Both the position numbers and the translations under genes were made by a program. A DNA stretch of 63,777 nucleotides, counting the filler, from Psammoneis japonica (taxonomy: Eukaryota), in NCBI GenBank assembly GCA_008632985.1. It is 8 parts of 8 records of this genome, joined end to end, with 100 filler letters (N's around TTAATTAATTAA, not from the genome) between each part and the next. Parts side by side here need not be neighbours in the genome. Positions count along the whole stretch, not along the records: positions 1 to 9,064 come from QPGO01000537.1; positions 9,165 to 18,110 come from QPGO01000538.1; 6 more parts are not named here. The stretch is one strand, 5' to 3'. Numbering within the stretch: the stretch's first letter is position 1; each line of letters opens with the position of its first letter. This document shows positions 1 through 12,013 of the stretch, in pieces. The notes below the pieces were generated by a model that saw only the letters and a program-made list of their open reading frames with translations, searched no databases and was not told the origin of the DNA.

Positions 1-578
1 AACTCAATTTCAAGTCCGCAGCAGCTGCACGGCAACGGTCAAACAGTCCCTGCATCACGGCAGACTTGCGTGCTCCTCCTCCTCTACATCCTTCGCCACC
101 CCGCACAAACCAGGAGGCACTGCTTTGACATCATGCAATGCTTCATCGGCTCGGTGCCGCACACAACAAGAAGACCCCCTCTGGGACATTGGTCAATTCA
201 AATTTTTGACGGCAGACAGGGTCGGCAGGTTGTGTTCACATCATGTTGCAGAGTTTGCTCTAACTCTTCTTCAGTTGCTGGAAAAACTGCTGCTTGCGCT
301 CAACAGGCAGCCCTCCTTCGACAACAAGGGCGTGCAAATCCGGACCCGCGGCGAGCTTTCTGCTGTGATCTCACTCGGATCCTGGAACGATTCTTGGATG
401 AACCCAGCCGAGACGTCATTTTGTTCGGTGATTTCAACGCTGATTTCCGGCATGACTCTGATTCATCAGCCACCATGGCCCAACGCTTTAATGTGTCCGA
501 TGTCATGCACCACTGTCACGAAGACCTTGATTTTTCCACATGCGTTTGAGGCTCACGAAGACTGGACTACGTTCTTGC

Positions 579-1527
579 NNNNNNNNNNNNNNNNNNNNNN
601 NNNNNNNNNNNNNNNNNNNNNNNNNNNNNNNNNNNNNNNNNNNNNNNNNNNNNNNNNNNNNNNNNNNNNNNNNNNNNNNNNNNNNNNNNNNNNNNNNNNN
701 NNNNNNNNNNNNNNNNNNNNNNNNNNNNNNNNNNNNNNNNNNNNNNNNNNNNNNNNNNNNNNNNNNNNNNNNNNNNNNNNNNNNNNNNNNNNNNNNNNNN
801 NNNNNNNNNNNNNNNNNNNNNNNNNNNNNNNNNNNNNNNNNNNNNNNNNNNNNNNNNNNNNNNNNNNNNNNNNNNNNNNNNNNNNNNNNNNNNNNNNNNN
901 NNNNNNNNNNNNNNNNNNNNNNNNNNNNNNNNNNNNNNNNNNNNNNNNNNNNNNNNNNNNNNNNNNNNNNNNNNNNNNNNNNNNNNNNNNNNNNNNNNNN
1001 NNNNNNNNNNNNNNNNNNNNNNNNNNNNNNNNNNNNNNNNNNNNNNNNNNNNNNNNNNNNNNNNNNNNNNNNNNNNNNNNNNNNNNNNNNNNNNNNNNNN
1101 NNNNNNNNNNNNNNNNNNNNNNNNNNNNNNNNNNNNNNNNNNNNNNNNNNNNNNNNNNNNNNNNNNNNNNNNNNNNNNNNNNNNNNNNNNNNNNNNNNNN
1201 NNNNNNNNNNNNNNNNNNNNNNNNNNNNNNNNNNNNNNNNNNNNNNNNNNNNNNNNNNNNNNNNNNNNNNNNNNNNNNNNNNNNNNNNNNNNNNNNNNNN
1301 NNNNNNNNNNNNNNNNNNNNNNNNNNNNNNNNNNNNNNNNNNNNNNNNNNNNNNNNNNNNNNNNNNNNNNNNNNNNNNNNNNNNNNNNNNNNNNNNNNNN
1401 NNNNNNNNNNNNNNNNNNNNNNNNNNNNNNNNNNNNNNNNNNNNNNNNNNNNNNNNNNNNNNNNNNNNNNNNNNNNNNNNNNNNNNNNNNNNNNNNNNNN
1501 NNNNNNNNNNNNNNNNNNNNNNNNNNN
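579..1527. other. Assembly gap (N run) inside the retrotransposon ORF
   Basis: Continuous run of N. Confidence 1.
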
Positions 1528-1569
1528 GATGGAGAACATGAAACTGGGCAACTGAATGAGGCGACAGCT

Positions 1570-4500
1570 TTGCCAATTCAACACCTTCGTCGCCATGCTC
1601 CTCCCGCAGTTCAGAACTCTGTCTCAGCAGAATCTCTTCTCTCGAAATTAAAGTCATGGTCTGAATCGACTTCAACGTCTGTCAAGTCAGGGTTGCACTT
1701 AGGACACTGGAAGGCATCACACGCCCCCCACTCCTTTGCCAAGGACACTGACAAAGAGGGGAATCCATCCTCCCGGAAAGAATCTCTCGACCAGATCCAA
1801 CAGACTCTCTTCAAGATTCGCCTTCACTTGATCAACTACGCTCTGAAATGGGGTCATTCTTGTGACCGATGGAAGGACATCGTCAATGTCATGATCTTTA
1901 AAGAACCTGGGAACAACAAAACACACAGATTGCGTGTGACACACATCTACGAGGCAGACTTTCAAATTGTCACAAGCGTCAAATGGCGAGAGCTAGCTCA
2001 GCATGTGGAGAACCATCGCACGTGCAATCCGGGAATCTGTGGTTGTCGGTCTTTCCTGTCAGCTCAAACGCCAGTGTTCTTAGAAAATTTGATGTTGGAA
2101 ATAACCCGAGCGTCCCGCAAGATGTTGCTGACCAGCGACGATGACTGCACCTCCTGCTGCGATCGGAGCATTCCGTCCATTGTGGGATTGTGTTCACGAA
2201 GTGACGGCATGTCTTCATCCGTGGTGGAAGTGAATGTGTCAACTCTGCACCATGCTCGACACTGGCTTCGCACACTGCTGGGTCTTGCGCAGCGCAGTCA
2301 CTCACACTCTTCTCAGCACCCTCTTTACGGAACAGGACAAGGGAGCGGCAACTCTCCTTGGCACTGGAATGCCCTGTGCAGTCGTTTGTTTGACATTTTT
2401 GATGCCAATGCGATCGGGTCCTTTTTCGAGACTCCAGATGGGAAGTTCTTCATTAGAGCGTGCAACAGAGGCTACGTCGATGACACTTCCAAACAGGTCA
2501 ACGAGTTTAGGACTGGCCCCCAACCAACAGCATTCGAATTGTCCCGCGCCTTGAAACAAGATGACCAGCTATGGTGCGATCTGCTCGACGCGGCAGGACA
2601 TGAATCAGAACTTCCAAAGTGTTCCTTTCATGCCATTGAATGGGATTTCACGGAATGCGGTGAGCCCTTTCTCTCTCCATGTCACGACGACATTGATGTG
2701 GAAATTTTTTCTGCCGACAGGTCTGCTTCTCATTCGAGTGCGCAACTGTCTGCGCACACTCCACATGAGACCCTCGGGCACTACGTTGCCCCTGTTGGTG
2801 CCCAGAAGACCCAGCTCCAGAAGTTGCAACAGAAAAGCGACACTGCTGCCCTTTTTCTTTGCTCGTGCCCTTTTGATCGGACGGAAACCTGGCGGTGTTG
2901 TCATGCCTGTTGCCTTTCCTCGATGACGCACGTGTCACCGAGTTTCAATTTTCAGGACAAAGAGCTCCAGAAAGTTCAGCAGAAGGCGATGAGAGTGACA
3001 TTTGCCAAATGTGGGTGCAACCGCAACACCAAACGACTTGTTCCATGCGGCCCCCAAGTGCTCGGTGGAGGAGGTTTTAGATCCCTTGACGCAGAGCAGG
3101 GTGCAGCCCAATTGCAGCAATTGCTGAAACATTCCCGGGGAGTCAAGAATCTGCATCTCGGAGAGGATCAACCTCACAAACTGTTTCACATTGCAATCGC
3201 ATGGATGCAGCTGAACTTGGGCACAGGTGACAGCTTCTTGTGGGACGTCGACACTCCGTTGCCACACCTTGAATCGTGTTGGTTCGCTTCAGTTTGCTCG
3301 TTTCTGCATGGAATCAAGGGCAAAGTCCATCTGACACACAATGGCATTCTGCCCCTTCAACGTGACAACGACCAATTTGTCATGGATGTTGCACTTCGAT
3401 CACAACAGTTCAGTCACAGAGAAATCCGATGGATTGATTGTTGCTGATTGTTCCTTCGTGTGCTTGCAGTCTCTGACATGACCCTGGCGGATGGCATGCA
3501 TTTGGACAAAACCAAGGCAAATGGTGACCCCTCGATTCGGAGCAGTGTGAGCACGTTGAACAACATTGAACAACACAAGCCGAACACTCAGGCCTGGTCA
3601 GTGTGGAAGAAATTCTGCAAAACCCTGTGCCATGCCTCCACAATTCGTTTGAAGGAACCACTGGGAGACTGGCCAGTTCCTCCGTCGCAGATGCGCATGC
3701 AGGCGTCAGCTTGTTGTTCTTCCTCAGAAAATCACCCATGCGTCAAGGGCCCGTTGGGGTTTGAGATCTTCTTGGTCGACGGAACGAGAGCGGTGTCCAT
3801 CAGAGAGATCAAGGAGGCACCAGCGCCAACTGATGAATCACACCCAGCAGATGTCACTACGACAGAAGACGGAAGATGGCATTTCAGCATCCCAAGAACG
3901 ACGGTGGCCCCTGCAATCGCACCGAGCACTCCAGATTCTTTTCAAGATGTGCTGAAAACACTCCCTCAATGGGAATCTCAGCTGTTTGCGGAACCAGATT
4001 TCCATGTTTTCCCCCTTCTCTTGGTTCAACACTTCGACTCTTCTGCACTTGTTGCAGGAAGTGATGGATCTGTCAACAAAGGCGCCACCTTTGGGTGGTC
4101 GATCACACTCCAAGGGGTTCCCCTCGTAGATTGTGCAGGACCAGTTTTTGGGCATGAACCATCGTCGCACCATGCAGAGGCTTGCGGCATTCTTTCCATT
4201 CTTCGTTTTATCTGCCGATGTGTTGAATGTTGCCATTCCAGATTGAACAAGACATTGGACATTCATTGTGACAACAAGTCGCTTGTGTCCTGTCTCAAGA
4301 AGCTTGCTCTCACCCTTCCCGCTCCAAATCCAGAAGACTCTTCTCACAATTCACGTGATTTTTATTTACGACACCACGGAGCCAATGCGCTGTCCTCGGA
4401 TTGGGACGTCATTAACGAGATGTTGCACATGTTTCAACAATTGCAAGATCCGGAAAATGTGTCGATCAAGTGGGTGAAGGGGCATCAAGACAAGCGCGCT

Positions 4501-5613
4501 CCTGTTGGTTCACTCCCCCCAAACGCAAGAGTGAATGTCAGAGTGGATCGACTTGCTGGCGCCTGTCAAGGTCGCTGTGATTGGGACACATCACGTGTTC
4601 TCCCGTTTCCTCACTGCCATTCTCACTTGTCACTTGCAGACGGCACCTTGACCTCTGGTTGCAAGCAACAGCTTCGAAATGCAGCCACTGCTCCCCAGCT
4701 GTTGGAGCACACAGTCGAGCGCAATCAATGGCGACGAGAGGTTGTTGACCTCGTGAACTGGGACGCCCACGCAGTTTTGATCAAGCGTCATTCCAAGCAA
4801 CACGTTGGCATGGTGAAACTCGTGCACGATCTCCTTCCTGCCAACAAGATGGCACACCGGCACAATCCGGTTCGCCCTCATCACTGCCTCAAGTGTGAGC
4901 ATCCTGTGGAAGACAGGGATCACATCCTTCGATGTCCAGAAAACGAAGCATGGCGCCGGAAGTTTCTACAAGGCCTTCGGAAACATTGCGACTGCGTCGA
5001 TGCAATGCCAACTCCACAAGACTTTCTCATTGATTCTCTTCAAGCCTGGTTTGACGAAGAGATCATTTGCACGGACGATGTCGATTGCTGCTGTCGGGAG
5101 CTGTGGCGTGCGCAATCAGATGTCAGTTGGAGACAGATTTTCAGTGGCCGCTGTTCAACTTTGTGGAACCTGATTCAGTCGGGATGTTTGCGGGATTCGA
5201 GCATCCTTCGCCAATGTGAAGCTGAAGACAAGCACCCACCAGATTGGATGGCACAGATTGGGTCATTCATCTGGAGACAATGGTGGGAACCATGGGAGGA
5301 ACACAACACATTCGTGCACGGCCACGATGCGGATTCACGCAAGTCATCCCAACGGCGAATGGCAGAAGCAGAGCTGACCGCAATGTGTGACAAACGACAA
5401 GAGCACCTTGCGAAAGATCAAGCAGCCCTTCTTGATTCAGCAGAAGAACACAAGACGTTCACAACGGTTCGAATTCAGAATTGGATTGCTGTGGTTCGTC
5501 CCCGATTAAAAGAAAGTTTGAAGGAAGCCAGGAAACTGGCGCGTCGTGGCACACGCACCATTGCCAGTTATTTCCGTTGGGCGTCTCCTCCGGGAGGCGC
5601 CGCTTCAGGCTAA
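1570..5613 (+). pseudogene. Retrotransposon ORF2 (RT-RNase H) with one in-frame stop
   Basis: ORFs 1570-3447 and 3448-5613 are in the same frame. TGA at 3445-3447 aligns with Arg in copy 3 (WIDCC*LFL vs WINCCRLYL), consistent with CGA->TGA. Only 7 Tyr in about 1346 codons. Confidence 0.85.
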
Positions 5614-7236
5614 TCGCATCCACTTCTGCCGCACTTGCAAGTCAAGTGTGCTGGAGGTGTGGGTTGGCCGGTGCCGGTGTTGCTGGGCAAAGGTGCAACA
5701 GCACTTTAAATTGGGATTGGGTTTTTTTTGTTGTCGATGGCGTTTGCATGGAAACAGTGAAAAAGCAAAACACGTCCACTGCTGAATGTCGCCAAGGGTC
5801 CGGATTCAACAAGCAGCTTCATTCAGGAGAATGACGTCTGCACAACACCAGCAGATGAATGCTTGGATGGGTCCCCCATGGCCAGTGGGGTGCGCATGGC
5901 CAAATGACGACAAAGTGGAGCTCACTTTCCCATCTGTCCACTCTGCTGGAGCAGAGCAAGTGCACTCCAGTGCAAACCCCAGAAAAGATGCAGCAAGCAG
6001 AAAGATCAGTGATGGAAATGGGAACGAGTGGTGCTGAGAATTTGGAACTTCATGCCTGAAATTTGGCACTCATGTCACAACGGAATGAGAGCTGCTGTCC
6101 ATGGTGGAAACACTTGGGAAATTCGAGAATGCACTGTTTGGCCAACACACTGACATGTGAGTGGTTCACAAGACACAACAAACAGAGTCATGGGTGGGCA
6201 AATTGATGCAGCACACAATGAGGGCATGGTGAACATTGTCGCAGAAGCATTCAGCCAACTTGCTGTGAAGAAAATTGAGCCTTTTGAAGTCCTGCAACAA
6301 TGTCCTGCTTTTAAAACAGGGCAACGACATTTCCCCCAAATTGCCAGATGCAACACATCTTGCCAACACTTTTCATGGAGGTGAGCAAGATCAAAAAGTG
6401 CTCATGTCACAAGGACAAAATTGACTTGTCTGAAGATGCTTTGAAAAAATTGGCAACAGATTGGCGCACAATGCGTGCCCACTTCACACAGGAAAAAAAG
6501 ACAGTCTCGCAACACCCGCGCAGCTGCAGTGCAAAATGTGCAAGGCAAGACACAAACAAACAATGTCGCTCTCAAAAGACATTTGGAAATTGGAGCGGCC
6601 CTGTGTGGCCCACACAAAACAGCAACAGTCATTGCCGGCGGCACAGTGCAGTCAACGTGGAGACATCATTGATGCTGTCAATGTCCGTTGAACAACTCAA
6701 CTTGTCAAATGACTCCAATGTTTGATCTCACATTTTCCACTTTTTGCACTTTGTTCTGCTTTCCTTTGCGCTTGTTCTTTGAGCACAGTGCACCAGAGCA
6801 GATGGTTGAAAGGTTCCTTTTCACTGAGTGATGTTTTGACGTGTCCCAGAGAAACAGATTGATGTTGAGCACAGGATGCCTTGCAAAGTGCAATGTGTTT
6901 TTGCCAAAAATGAGCACAGCGCATTGTGCACACACACCACAGAAGGTGAGATGGTGCTGAGCTTGTTGGCGCCATTGGGCCTTGTCATTCAGCGCACAAC
7001 ATGCGCGATCACAGCCACAACTTGTGGCAGCAACTGCGGTCTTCCCAGGGCCAGCTGGCAACAAATTGACTGTCGCAGCTGAGTTTGCATCCAGTGCTGT
7101 GAAAGCTGTTGTTGGCAAGCAAGCTGAAGCTCAAGAAGGCCTTGAGGGAACGGAGCAAAGAGGCAGAACACACGGTCAATTTGGGCTTGCCTTGAGAGAA
7201 TGTCGCAGCTGGCAACAAAGTGCAACGTCTTGCATT

Positions 7237-7348
7237 CAGCCAGCAAGCCAGTCACTCAGTCCGTGGGTTGGCTGGTCCACTGGTCGGCTGGTTGGCTGGT
7301 CGGCTGGTTGGTTGGTTGGTTGGTTGGTCGGTTGGTCAGTTGGCTGGC
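7237..7348. repeat. Degenerate tetranucleotide microsatellite (TGGT/TGGC/CGGT/CGGC/CAGT/CAGC units)
   Basis: ggttggctggtcggctggttggttgg... read directly. Confidence 0.85.
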
Positions 7349-7659
7349 AATGAAGGTTTGTCCACTTTGAGCACTTCTGAGGCTCAAAAAAGGGTCAGGG
7401 GATGCGCCCCAGCTCTGGGCGGGACCTTGCGCTGCTGAGCCATGACATCAACATTTTTTTGGATCGTGCTCTTGTGTTGTGCACGTGCATTTCTACGTGA
7501 CTTTGGCGGAGCTGTGCGCAATTTTGCAGCGCAATTGCTGGGTGATCCGCTCAACAGTTTTTGACACTTTTTTCTTCTGCGTCATTTGCAAATGCACTGA
7601 GAATGGTGCAGGGCAGGCAGACTGCCAAAAACTTTGAGTGTGGACAGGCAAAAATGCAC

Positions 7660-7765
7660 TTGAAGATGAAAATGTCCATCAATGAAATTCTTGCACTGCA
7701 GAGCTCGCACGCAGAATTCCGCGGGCCGGGTGTCACAAAGCATCCCACCCAGGACTGGAGCCCGT
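7660..7765 (+). repeat. Short dispersed repeat (core gagctcgcacgYRgaattc-gcgggcc-tgtcaca-tcccacc)
   Basis: Matches 33428-33530 and 33310-33378 on +, and 34556-34620 on -. A partial inverted terminus lies at about 7400-7430. Confidence 0.75.
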
Positions 7766-7809
7766 CAGGGACAAGGACAGTCAGGGCATGGGATGAAAGG
7801 GAACTTCAG

Positions 7810-9064
7810 CACCAACCCACCGACCCACCCACCCGCCGAATTGCCAACCCGCCGACCCGCCGACCCGCCGACCCACCGACCCGCCGACCCACCGACCCGC
7901 CCACCCGCCGACCCACCAACCTGCCGACCTGCCGACACACCGACACACCGACCCACCGACCCGCCGACCCACCAACCCGCTGACCCGCCGACCCGCTGAC
8001 CCACCGACCCGCCAACCCGCTGACCCGCCGACCCGCCGACCCACCGACCCGCCGACCCGCCGACCCGCCGACCCGCCGACCTGCCGACCCACCGACCCAC
8101 CCACCCGCCGACCCGCCGACCCGCCGACCCACCGACCCGCCGACCTGCCGACCCACCGACCTGCCGACCCACCCACCCGCCGACCCACTGACCCGCCGAC
8201 CCGCCGACCCACCGACCCACCGACCCGCCAACCCGCCAACCCACCGACCTGCCGACCCACCGACCCGCCGACCTGCCGACCTGCCGACCCACCGACCCAC
8301 CGACCCGCCGACCCGCCGACCACCGACCCGCCGACCAACTGACCTGCCAACCCGCCGACCCACCAACCCGGTGACCCGCCGACCTGCTGACCCACCGACC
8401 CACCAACCCACCGACCAACTGACCCGCCAACCCGCCGACCCACCGACCCGCCGACCTGCCGACCTGCCGACCCACCGACCCACCGACCCGCCCACCCGCC
8501 GACCCACCAACCCGCCGACCTGCTGACCCACCGACCCGCCGACCCGCCGACCTGCCGACCCGCCGACCCACCGACCCGCCGACCCGCCGACCCGCCGACC
8601 CGCCGACCTGCCGACCCGCCAACCCACCGACCTGCCGACCCGCCGACCTGCCGACCCGCTGACCCACCGACCCACCCACCCGCCGACCCACCGACCCACC
8701 GACCCACCGACCCGCTGACCCACCGACCTGCCGACCCACCGACCTGCCGACCTGCCGACCCACCCGCCGACCCGCCGACCCACCGACCCACCAACCCGCC
8801 AACCCACTGACCCGCCGACCTGCCGACCCACCGACCCGCTGACCCGCCGACCCGCCGACCCGCCGACCCACCGACCCGCCGACCTGCCGACCCACCGACC
8901 TGCTGACCCGCCGACCTGCCGCCCCACCGACCCACCGACCCACCGACCCCCGACCCGCCGACCTGCCCGACCCCCCGACCCACCAACCCGCTGACCCGCG
9001 ACCCACCGACCCACCAACCCGCCGACCTGCCGACCCACCCACCCGGGCCGACCACCGACCCGCC
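7810..9064. repeat. GC-rich 8-bp satellite (CCGACCCG and variants CCGACCCA, CCGACCTG, CTGACCCG, CCAACCCG), running to the contig end
   Basis: About 1.25 kb tandem array visible directly. Confidence 0.97.
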
Positions 9065-9164
9065 NNNNNNNNNNNNNNNNNNNNNNNNNNNNNNNNNNNN
9101 NNNNNNNNTTAATTAATTAANNNNNNNNNNNNNNNNNNNNNNNNNNNNNNNNNNNNNNNNNNNN
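9065..9164. other. Artificial contig spacer (44 N + TTAATTAATTAA + 44 N). Identical spacers at 18111-18210, 26607-26706, 34816-34915, 43001-43100, 50788-50887 and 57737-57836
   Basis: Identical 100-nt structure seven times. The 12-mer has stops in all six frames. Internal contigs decrease in length (8946, 8396, 8109, 8085, 7687, 6849 nt). Confidence 0.98.
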
Positions 9165-9347
9165 AATAAACCATGGCGCGGTACCCATGAGATTTCGGTT
9201 GCAGGCAACGTTCCAGATTCCTACTTGTTGTTGAAGAGAGGTTCAAATCTGAGACTTGGTTTTATATATGATTTACTAAAAGACAAGTAATGTAGCGTGC
9301 GTATCGTGAAAAAGTTGTGGTGGGGATGGCTTGACTTTTTGCAGGAT

Positions 9348-11479
9348 TTAGAAGGTCATTGAAGCCGGGGAAACCTGGAAAGGAAGGCTCTCACGGTTCT
9401 TCTCCTCACCGAGCACCTTGTAGTCAATGGTCTGAGCGCGGAACTTAACGAGCATCATTTGGAATTCTTCAGCAGAAACAACCTCTTGGTCAATCAGTGT
9501 CTTTGCCAAGTGCTCCAACAAATCACTGTTGTCTTGGAGGACCTTCTTGGCAATAATGTAACTGTTGTTGACAAGACGCTCAACTTCTTCTTCGGCAGCT
9601 TGTTCGACAACACCTCCCCAGGTAGGTGGGCGACGGAGCATCATGCGTCCCATAAAGGGTCCGCCACCAGAGGGCTCGGTAACGGCGATACGGCCAAGCT
9701 TGTCACTCATTCCCCATTCCTTAACCATGCGCCTGGCAATGTTGGCAACCTGCTGAATATCATTGGAAGCACCGGTGGTAACGTAGTCTTCACCGTAAAT
9801 GAGTTCCTCGGCAAGACGGCCACCAAGGGCAACCGCGAGCTGAGACTCAAGGTATTGTCTACTGTACATGCCAGACTCCAACCTGGATTCTTGAGGGGCA
9901 AAGAAGGTCAATCCACCAGCACCATTGGAGCGGGGGATAATGGTGATCTTCTGGACTTGATCGTAGTCAGGAACAAGGGCACCGACAATGGCGTGACCGG
10001 CCTCGTGGTAGGCAACGAGTTCCTTTTGCTTGGGGAGTTGGTTACCTCCAATCTTCTCCAATCCAACCATAACACGGTCGACAGCACTGTCGATTTCTTC
10101 CCATCCCAAGGTAGACTTGCCCTTGCGAGCAGCAGAAATGGCGGCCTCGTTCATTAGGTTCTCAAGCTGAGCACCAGAGAAACCGGGGGTACGGCGGGCA
10201 ATGGCTTCGAGATCGACATCGGGTTCAAGGGGCTTTCCACGGGAGTGAACACCCAAGATGCGGGCACGGCCCTTGTAGTCGGGAAGATCCACGGTGACCT
10301 TGCGGTCAAAACGTCCCGGACGGAGCAAGGCGTTATCCAAAATATCAACACGGTTCGTGGCAGCAATGGTGATGATTCCAGGGTTGCCCTCGAAACCGTC
10401 CATCTCAACCAAAATCTGGTTCACCGTTTGTTCACGCTCATCGTTACCACCGGCGTAACCGGCACCACGTTGACGACCAACAGCATCAATCTCATCAATG
10501 AAGATAATGCAGGGTGCGTTCTTCTTGGCTTGCTTGAAAATGTCACGGACACGAGAAGCACCCACACCAACAAACATCTCCACAAACTCGGAACCCGAAA
10601 TACTGATGAACGGAACTCCGGCCTCACCGGCAACGGCCTTGGCCAAAAGAGTCTTACCGGTACCGGGAGGTCCATCCAAAATCACACCACGGGGAATCTT
10701 GCAGCCATTGGCGGTGTACGCCTCGGGCTGCTTGAGAAAGTCCACCACTTCGGCCAATTCCAACTTGGCTCCGTCGCATCCAGCGACATCGTCAAAGGTC
10801 ACACCGGTATCGGGGACCATTTGGACTTCAGCCTTGGATTTTCCAAAACCCATGGGGTTACCGGGACCACCAAAGCCTCCGGGCATGCCACCCGCACGAC
10901 GGCTCAAAAAGAAGAGACCGGCAAACAAAACGGCGGGGAATACGAGGGACTGAGCGAGTTCACCCAAACCACTAGCCTCCTGAGCTGGCAAGACTGTAAC
11001 GTCGACCTGTTAAAGAGAAATAGATATAGAATGATGTGTGAGATCATGGTTTGCGTTCTTTACAGTCACATACGTCATTTCCATAAATTTCTCACCTTGT
11101 GATTGGTAAGTTGTGTGAGCAAATCGGGATCATTGGGAAGAGTTTCAATCTTGAGACGCGCACCATCCACATCGACTCCCAACAGCTGAGTGCCATCGGC
11201 CGAAAAGGTCACTTTTTCAATCTTGTCTGAATCGACCATTTTCACAAAATCAGAATAGCGAACATCGGATGGTTGTCCGTAATTGTTTTGAACCACAACA
11301 GGAGCAGGAGCAGACACTTCTGGAGCAGGAGAGGCATCTGGCGGCATATCCACAGCCATATTCACACGGCTCTTATTCGTAGACACTCTATTTACAATCG
11401 AGGAGTGCGGAGCAAAGGCGATGGCATTGTCAGCCAAACACAGAGTTACGCAAGCAATTGCTGAAAGAGAAAACTTCAT
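9348..11479 (-). CDS. ftsH: Plastid-targeted ATP-dependent zinc metalloprotease FtsH (exons 11479-11096 and 11006-9348)
   Basis: Walker A GPPGTGKT, Walker [27 protein letters not shown] zinc motif. Signal peptide ends in AIA-FAP. GT-AG intron 11007-11095 joins NHK|VDVTVLP in frame. Confidence 0.97.
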
Positions 11480-12013
11480 CTTGTTGTTGTAGTCGTTGGG
11501 AAGGATCGAAAATTATGACGATTTCAAGGTTGTCGTTGTGCTTCCAGCGTGTGTGACTCGGTGCAAGGTACTGATGACAATGCCTGACACAGAGAACCGA
11601 ATTCTTGTGTTACTGAAGCAACAAGATACAACAAAGGTTCAGGTTGTTGTGAGTGACGCAGAGAAAACAACGATGGCGATGGAAATTCCCTCCACACCAC
11701 GAGTGACGTGGTTGGTGTCAATCTTTGATCTCCGTACAAAACTTGCGTTGGATTCTACGAAGCTCTAAAGATACACTCAATATCCGGGTTTTTCGGAGAT
11801 GAAGTGCGTGTTGTTTGCCGCGTTGTTTGAGATGCGTGTTTCGTGCGCGCGTTTTCGTGACATCATCCGACATATTTTAATATATCCGGGTGCCTTTTTA
11901 TTCGAATTCAAATTTTGCGTTGTCGTCCAAACTGCCAACTTCAAACTGCCAATCACCACAAAGACGCTACCACCCACCTTTCTGCCGGTGCTACCAGCAT
12001 CTCTTTTGAGATT

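Larger units (their letters stand above)
1..5730 (+). mobile_element. Ambal-like non-LTR retrotransposon (APE - RT - RNase H - C-terminal Cys/His motif), degenerate copy 1, 5' truncated by the window
   Basis: EEP endonuclease motif ILFGDFNA (70-549). RT motifs DxxSC(C)DR, GTGQGSGNSP, GYVDD, ELPKC (1570-3447). RNase H motifs AGSDGS, PSSxxAE, CDNKSLV, WVKGHQD and CxxC...EDRDHILRC (3448-5613). The 3' UTR (5614-5730) is shared with the copy at 32265-32380. Confidence 0.85.

Noticed and set aside
125..1675. Long ORFs spanning the N runs
   Set aside because: They are artefacts of translating gaps.
3445..3447. Programmed readthrough or selenocysteine at the in-frame TGA
   Set aside because: It aligns with Arg in copy 3, so simple CGA->TGA decay is sufficient.
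1570..5613. Alternative genetic code or RNA editing as the explanation for Tyr->Cys/His
   Set aside because: Host genes use Tyr normally, the change also affects non-coding repeats, and it appears on both strands.
7765..9055. Three ORFs of over 400 aa rich in G/R/V/S/W
   Set aside because: They are translations of the 8-bp satellite.
9109..9120. TTAATTAATTAA motif recurring every 7-9 kb
   Set aside because: It is always centred in 44+44 N and is an artificial six-frame-stop linker, not biology.
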